30,735 nucleotides of DNA, taken from Macrostomum lignano (Eukaryota). This document shows, piece after piece, positions 11,701-20,700 of the stretch. Position 1 is the stretch's first letter; each line of letters opens with the position of its first letter. Made by a program: the position numbers and the translations under genes. The stretch covers positions 1 through 30,735 of the forward strand of contig NIVC01004938.1 in the NCBI GenBank assembly GCA_002269645.1, in the 5' to 3' direction. The notes under the pieces were generated by a model. That model was not told the origin of the DNA, made no database searches, and saw only the letters and a program-made list of their open reading frames with translations.

Positions 11701-14700
11701 GGATATGAGATATTGATAATTAGGGAAACACCCGATGAGGATATGAGATATTGATAATTAAGGAAACACCTGCGGATATGAGATATTGATAATTAGGGAA
11801 ACACCCGATGAGGATATGAGATATTGATAATTAGGGAAACACCTGAGGATATGAGATATTGATAATTAGGGAAACACCCGATGAGGATATGAGATATTGA
11901 TAATTAGGGAAACACCTGAGGATATGAGATATTGATAATTAGGGAAACACCTGAGGATATGAGATATTGATAATTAGGGAAACACCTGAGGATATGAGAT
12001 ATTGATAATTAGGGAAACACCTGCGGATATGAGATATTGATAATTAGGGAAACACCTGAGGATATGAGACATTGATAATTAGGGAAACACCTGAGGATAT
12101 GAGATATTGATAATTAGGGAAACACCTGCGGATATGAGATATTGATAATTAGGGAAACACCCGATAAGGATATGAGATATTGATAATTAGGGAAACACCC
12201 GATGAGGATATGAGATATTGATAATTAGGGAAACACCCGATGAGGATATGAGATATTGATAATTAGGGAAACACCTGAGGATATGAGATATTGATAATTA
12301 GGGAAACACCTGAGGATATGAGATATTGATAATTAGGGAAACACCTGAGGATATGAGATATTGATAATTAGGGAAACACCTGAGGATATGAGATATTGAT
12401 AATTAGGGAAACACCTGAGGATATGAGATATTGATAATTAGGGAAACACCTGAGGATATGAGATATTGATAATTAGGGAAACACCCGATGAAGATATGAG
12501 ATATTGATAATTAAGGAAACACCTGCGGATATGAGATATTGATAATTAGGGAAACACCTGAGGATATGAGATATTGATAATTAGGGAAACACCTGAGGAT
12601 ATGAGATATTGATAATTAGGGAAACACCCGATGAGGATATGAGATATTGATAATTAGGGAAACACCCGATGAGGATATGAGATATTGATAATTAGGGAAA
12701 CACCCGATGAAGATATGAGATATTGATAATTAAGGAAACACCTGCGGATATGAGATATTGATAATTAGGGAAACACCCGATGAGGATATGAGATATTGAT
12801 AATTAGGGAAACACCCGATGAAGATATGAGATATTGATAATTAAGGAAACACCTGCGGATATGAGATATTGATAATTAGGGAAACACCCGATGAGGATAT
12901 GAGATATTGATAATTAGGGAAACACCTGAGGATATGAGATATTGATAATTAGGGAAACACCTGAGGATATGAGATATTGATAATTAGGGAAACACCCGAT
13001 GAGGATATGAGATATTGATAATTAGGGAAACACCTGCGGCTAGCCCTAAATACAGCCTTATACGATTCGTAACTAGCCCTATAAATTCCAAATTTGGGGC
13101 CCAACCAAAGTCTTGAGGTCACAGCACATTTCTATACAAAAAAAATCATGCAAGCAAACGCAGGTAACTTAAGTGCAAATTCACAATGCATATTTACCAA
13201 ACTCGTTTCTTAATAGTGGAAAGCGAGCATAGCGGCGGCCGGGCATTGTTAGTGGAGGCATGGGCCGCAGCAGCAGTAGGTGTCATGAACACATTGGACA
13301 GCAAGCCTCTGAAAAATGCCGGTCTAAAAGCAAACAGGCAATAACTCAAAATTAAAAAACTTTAAAACGCTACGGTTTGTGATAAATAATTCAATCAACA
13401 CGTCAGCACGGCACTCAAAAAACGTCAATCTTTTATGTCACAATAGACATAATACGCGCATCATCTACTGCAAGTAGGATGGCGCGAATACTGACGGATA
13501 TTATTGCATAAATTTATACGAAAAAGGTAACAAAAATCGATTAAAATTACCTATCAGATTGCACTGCCTTTAGCCAGGCCTGACGCTCCTGTTCGCGGGT
13601 GGCAACAACATTGGCGAACAGCTTCTCGGTAGTGACTGAAGTGCCGAACGGATTAACGCCAGCCAGGCTAGCAAAACCGCTTGGTTGGGCGGCTAGCGGC
13701 TTCGGATCGACTAAATTTCAAGATTTGAATACTTTTATTAATATATATATATATATATATACATATACTTAACTTGCTAATTTTTATATTTTTAAAGCCA
13801 TTGTAAAATTCTTTGCCCGATTAGGTAAGACAGGGTAGTGGTTGGAGCGTCGGACTCACGACTTGAAGGTCAGGGGTTCGATTCCCGATCCCATTAGAAC
13901 AGTTTGTGTCCTTGAGCAAGACACTTAGCTCTGTGCATTTCTTCAGTTCACCCAGCTGTAAAATGGGCGCCAGCATTAGCTGGGGTAATTGAGGCTGTGT
14001 GTGGCGACCCCCAGTCCTTATACAAACAGCCGCACGCAGCCTTCAGATGCGCCGCGCAAATAGCTGCGGCTGAGCTGTCAGTTGCACATCTGCACATTGG
14101 GGCAGGCACAATCAAATATTATATATTAGCCCGATGAAAACGGAAATTCACCCAGAGTCGTTGCAGCTAACACAGGTAAAATAATAGAGGTGGACTCTAG
14201 ACGACTCTAAAAAGTCGAGATGTCGCGGTCCAGTGCCCAAAAAGTCACTTTACGAATCAGAATCGCATCTCGCATTTGTAACAACTCTATTTAGTCTACT
14301 TGAGTTAGTAGAAATTTCAACGCCAACAACTACTTTTGGACGACTTTTTTACGATTCTACAACTCACGCGATGCGCTCGTGACTCTGTCGCATTGAGTCG
14401 TTAAAAAAGTCACAAGAGTCGCCCCCAGAGTCGCTAGTTTTGCAATGACTCCAGCGATTCTCTTAGTGTTACATAAGTTCTACAATACTACAGTAGTCTT
14501 AGCCGCTTAGCTAGGACCCCAAACTTGTGAAATTCTACGCAATTCGCGTTCGTATTAGCTAAAATTCTTACCTGTCCTCCTGGTTGGCAGTGCCGCAATG
14601 TATGAAGTCCCGGCAGCCTGCTGAGCAATCTCCAACCTGAGCAAGTCCCGCTGCACCCTCGGCAGCGAGTCCAGCACAATGTCTACTAAACGTTTGCGTG

Positions 14701-17700
14701 CCGCCGAAGCTGCGTCGCACACCGGCAGGCGGTCGCTGAGCTGGGCGGCTTCCGCGTAGCGACCGGTTAGCAACAGGTGTGCAACCAGCTGCTCCTTGAT
14801 CTGTGGGCGCGAATGTTTGTGAATGGATTTATCGCTCAATGTGTCGCTAAACTTGTCGCTCAATGTGTCGCTAAACTTGTCGCTCAATGTGTCGCTAAAC
14901 TTGTCGCTTATCTAGTCGCCTAATGTCTCGCTAATCTTGTTGCTCAATGTGCCGCTTAACTTGTTGCTCAATGTGCCGCTAAACTTGTGGCTCAATGTGC
15001 CGCTAAACTTGTTGCTCAATGTGCCGCTAAACTTGTTGCTCAATGTGTCGCTAAACTTGTCGCTCAATGTGTCGCTAAACTTGTGGCTCAATGTGCCGCT
15101 AATCTTGTGGCTCAATGTGCCGCTACCGATAATCTTGTGGCTCAAGTACAAACCTGTTGGCAGCCCGACTTGGCGGCAAAATCAGCCAGCCCGGGCAGCT
15201 CCTCCTGACGCCAATGAATGCCAGCGAATAGTTTGCCGCGCCATCTATCGCTAGCCGCGCATTCGTTCAATAGTCGGGCTAGAAGGTCGGCCCGTTCAGC
15301 CGAGTCGCCAATCGGTCGGATAATCAAATCTAAGGCGAGGTCTGGCCGGCCGGAGGCCAGCAAAACTCGCACGGCCAGAGCCGGCGACACCTGGGCGTGC
15401 GGCCTGAATCGGATCAGACAACGGGCGGCCACGTTGGGAGCCAACTCGGCCACGGCCGAGACTACGCCGTCGGCTAGACCGGGGAACAGCGGCCGGGACA
15501 GGTCGGGATCGTCCAGCAGCGATAGGGCCTCAGGCCACAGCGAGTGATCGAGGCTCCAGAGAAGATTCGCCCACCGGGCTAGGGAAGCTGGCTGGCCGCT
15601 GACTGACAGGTAGCCGTCCCACTGCTCAGTCAGTTCCTCGGCGTCGTCAGCGTCCTCTAGCAGGGCCTTGATTGGTTGTTGCGGAGTTCATTGAAGACAC
15701 TAGTAGGCACTAGGACAGACACTACAGACACTAGGTCAGACAATGACACTAGGTCAGACACTACAGACACTAGGTCAGACAATGACACTAGGTCAGACAC
15801 TACAGACACTAGGTCAGACAATGACACTAGGTCAGACACTACAGACACTAGGTCAGACAATGACACTAGGACAGACACTACAGACACTAGGTCAGACAAT
15901 GACACTAGGACAGACACTACAGACACTAGGACTGACACGACAGACACTACAGACACTAGGACTGACACTACAGACACTAGGTCAGACAATGACACTAGGA
16001 CAGACACTACAGACACTAGGTCAGACAATGACATTAGGTCAGACAATGACACTAGGTCAGACACTACAGACACTAGGTCAGACAATGACACTAGGACAGA
16101 CACTACAGACACTAGGACTGACACTACAGACACTGGTCAGACAATGACACTAGGACTGACACTACAGACACTGGTCAGACAATGACACTAGGACAGACAC
16201 TACAGACACTAGGACTGACACTACAGACACTGGTCAGACAATGACACTAGGACAGACACTACAGACACTAGGACTGACACTACAGACACTGGTCAGACAA
16301 TGACACTAGGACAGACACTAGGTCAGACACTAGGTCAGACAATGACACTAGAACAGACAATGACACTAGAACAGACACTAGAACAGACAATGACACTAGG
16401 TCAGACAATGACACTAGGTCAGACACTACAGACACTAGGTCAGACACTAGGTCAGACAATGACACTAGGTCAGACACTACAGACACTAGGTCAGACAATG
16501 ACACTAGGACAGACACTAGGTCAGACAATGACACTAGGTCAGACACTACAGACACTAGGTCAGACAATGACACTAGGTCAGACACTACAGACACTAGGTC
16601 AGACAATGACACTAGGTCAGACACTACAGACACTAGGTCAGACAATGACACTAGGTCAGACACTACAGACACTAGGTCAGACAATGACACTAGGTCAGAC
16701 ACTACAGACACTAGGACAGACACTACAGACACTGGTCAGACAATGACACTAGGACAGACACTAGGTCAGACAATGACACTAGGAGACACTAGGTCAGACA
16801 ATGACACTAGGTCAGACAATGACACTAGGTCAGACAATGACACTTGGTCAGACAATGACACTAGGTCAGACAATGACACTAGGTCAGACACTACAGACAC
16901 TGGTCAGACAATGACACTAGGACAGACACTAGGTCAGACAATGACACTAGGAGACACTAGGTCAGACAATGACACTAGGTCAGACAATGACACTAGGTCA
17001 GACAATGACACTTGGTCAGACAATGACACTAGGTCAGACAATGACACTAGGTCAGACACTACAGACACTGGTCAGACAATGACACTAGGACAGACACTAG
17101 GTCAGACAATGACACTAGGAGACACTAGGTCAGACAATGACACTAGGTCAGACAATGACACTAGGTCAGACAATGACACTAGGTCAGACACTACAGACAC
17201 TGGTCAGACAATGACACTAGGACAGACACTAGGTCAGACAATGACACTAGGAGACACTAGGTCAGACAATGACACTAGGTCAGACAATGACACTAGGTCA
17301 GACAATGACACTTGGTCAGACACTACAGACACTAGGACAGACACTACAGACACTGGTCAGACAATGACACTAGGACAGACACTAGGTCAGACAATGACAC
17401 TAGGTCAGACAATGACACTAGGTCAGACAATGACACTAGGTCAGACAATGACACTTGGTCAGACAATGACACTAGGTCAGACAATGACACTAGGTCAGAC
17501 ACTACAGACACTGGTCAGACAATGACACTAGGACAGACACTAGGTCAGACAATGACACTAGGAGACACTAGGTCAGACAATGACACTAGAACAGACACTA
17601 GGTCAGACAATGACACTAGAACAGACACTAGGTCAGACAATGACACTACGACAGACACTAGGTCAGATACTAGGTCAGACAATGACACTAGAACAGACAC

Positions 17701-20700
17701 TAGGTCAGACAATGACACTAGAACAGACACTAGGTCAGACAATGACACTAGAACAGACACTAGGTCAGACAATGACACTAGGTCAGACACTACAAAGAAA
17801 CATTCGCACGGACACAGACTGAATTACATTAGGACATGCACTAAAAGACCCTAGAACAGATAGGGTCAGACACTACAAAGAAACATTCGCACGGACACAG
17901 ACTGAATTACATTAGGACATGCACTAAAAGACCCTAGAACAGATAGGGTCAGACACACGGGAAAGCCATTAGAAGTTCGTGTGCAGCGCAGACTAACAAC
18001 GCCATACCTGCAAGTCCATTAGCAGATAGGCAAACAGGCAGTGCTGCAGTCTGGGATCGCAGCCGGCGGGCGCCCTGAGGAACACGGACTCCAGCAGGTG
18101 TCGAGCATCGGCAGGCGGATAGGTCATCGACACCGGTGACTCCGCCTTGGCGCCGACAGAGTCAATATCGACGCAGTGACCGGCCGGCGCGGCATCGTAG
18201 CTGAACAACCGCTCGATCAGACAGTCGACGACTAGAGCTCGCGACCGCCTGGCGTCGGCCACCTGGGCCTCCAGGTCGGCGAAAACCGGCGCCAATCGGC
18301 CGGGCGGCAGCAGGCGAGCCCTGGCGCACCATTGCAATCTTCTGGCGTATGCGCAAAGGCGGGACACCGCGTCCGCCCGACAGCGAAGATCAGCGACGGC
18401 GGCCGACGACGCTGGCCGACAATCCAGCAGGCGACGAAGCAGCTCGTCCAGACGATCCAGCAGCGTCACCAGTTGAACAACCCGACTATCATCGGCGACA
18501 GCGTCCGCGTCGACATCTTTAATAACTTCGTCCTCGTCGACATCGTCCTGCTGGTTGTCGACGCTAAACAGTCCGGCCGTGGCCGAGTCCAGCAGATGCT
18601 TGTATCGACGGACGCTGGCCCAGAGCCAGTCGATCACCAGGGCGGAGTACTGGCCGCAGCCCAGCGTCGGCAGGGCATCATCGCGGCTGTGCTCCAGACA
18701 GACTGTGAGGAGGCGCCGCCTGGCATCCGAGTCGTTCTCACCAACGACATCGTCAGACTCTGCTGCCGAGGACGGCGGCGGTGACAGCAGGCCGAGCTGG
18801 ACGCACCGGTCAGCGAGCTCATCGGCCCTGGCCATCAGGCTGTCCGGCGACAGGCGGCCAATCAAGTCCAGGTGGGCTCGCTGGGCGCCGTCGCATCGGA
18901 GCAGCAGGGCGTGCGGCGGGCAGTGCAGGCGGATCCGGTAGCCGAGGGAGGCGGGGTAGAACAGCTGCTCGGCCGGAGCGGCTCCGGGCCGCGGGTTGAG
19001 GCCCGGCTGGAATTGCGTCACCTGCGTTGGTATCGGCGAGGGATTATTATTGAGGACTTTGCAATTGTGAGCTGAACTAAGAACTGTTTTTATTAACTAT
19101 TAATGCTTCTTTATGAAATATAAATGCACTTAAAAGACACGGAGACAAAAGCAGACACCAGACACACAAGTAGACACAAGACACACACATGCAGACACAC
19201 TCACGCAGACACCAGACACATGCAGACAAACTCACGCAGACACCAGACACATGCAGACACACTCACGCAGACACCAGAAAACACACACGCAGACACCAGA
19301 CACATGCAGACACACTCACGCAGACACCAGACAACACACATGCAGACACACTCACGCAGACACCAGACACATGCAGACAAACTCACGCAGACACCAGACA
19401 CACACATGCAGACACACTCACGCAGACACCAGACACACATGCAGACACTCACGCAGACACCAGACACATGCAGACACACTCACGCAGACACCAGACAACA
19501 CACATGCAGACACTCTCACGCAGACACCAGACACATGCAGACACACTCACGCAGACACCAGACACATGCAGACACACTCACGCAGACACCAGACAACACA
19601 CATGCAGACACACTCACGCAGACACCAGACACACATGCAGACACACTCACGCAGACACCAGACACACACATGCAGACACACTCACGCAGACACCAGACAC
19701 ACATGCAGACACTCACGCAGACACCAGACACACATGCAGACACTCACGCAGACACCAGACACACACATGCAGACACACTCACGCAGACACCAGACAACAC
19801 ACATGCAGACACACTCACGCAGACACCAGACAACACACATGCAGACACACTCACGCAGACACCAGACACACACATGCAGACACACTCACGCAGACACCAG
19901 ACAACACACATGCAGACACACTCACGCAGACACCAGACACACATGCAGACACCAGACACACACATGCAGACACACTCACGCAGACACCAGACACACACAT
20001 GCAGACACACTCACGCAGACACCAGACACACATGCAGACACACTCACGCAGACACCAGACAACACACATGCAGACACACTCACGCAGACACCAGACACAC
20101 ATGCAGACACCAGACACACACATGCAGACACACTCACGCAGACACCAGACACACACATGCAGACACACTCACGCAGACACCAGACACACATGCAGACACT
20201 CACGCAGACACCAGACACATGCAGACACACTCACGCAGACACCAGACACACATGCAGACACTCACGCAGACACCAGACACACATGCAGACACTCACGCAG
20301 ACACCAGACACACACATGCAGACACACTCACGCAGACACCAGACACACATGCAGACACCAGACACACACATGCAGACACACTCACGCAGACACCAGACAC
20401 ACACATGCAGACACACTCACGCAGACACCAGACACACACATGCAGACACACTCACGCAGACACCAGACACACACATGCAGACACCAGACACACACATGCA
20501 GACACACTCACGCAGACACCAGACACAGAGACAGCAAAGCGACTCACAGAGTCCGGCACCACAGTGGCAGCCAGCACAAATGGCGCGGGGCCTCCCAGCA
20601 ATCTCAGTCCGCTGCTAAGCAGATGCCGCTGCAATTCCAGCCGGTGAACAGCAAAGTAGGGATGCAGGCTCCGCAGGCTGTACTTGGCAGTCCTAGGCAG

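Noticed and set aside
11227-13038. 35-bp repeat array as a CRISPR array
   Set aside because: Units are directly adjacent with no unique spacers, there are no cas genes, and it lies in a spliceosomal intron.
11227-13038. One TTAGGG per unit as interstitial telomeric DNA
   Set aside because: The hexamers are isolated every 35 bp rather than tandem, and some units have TTAAGG.
13824-13895. tRNA gene
   Set aside because: The Pol III boxes are present, but I could not form a convincing acceptor stem, and it continues into SINE core sequence.
2200-20647. Long repetitive ORFs in the track ([44 protein letters not shown] and similar)
   Set aside because: They are translations of stop-poor minisatellites, open in several frames, and lie in introns or spacers of well-supported genes.
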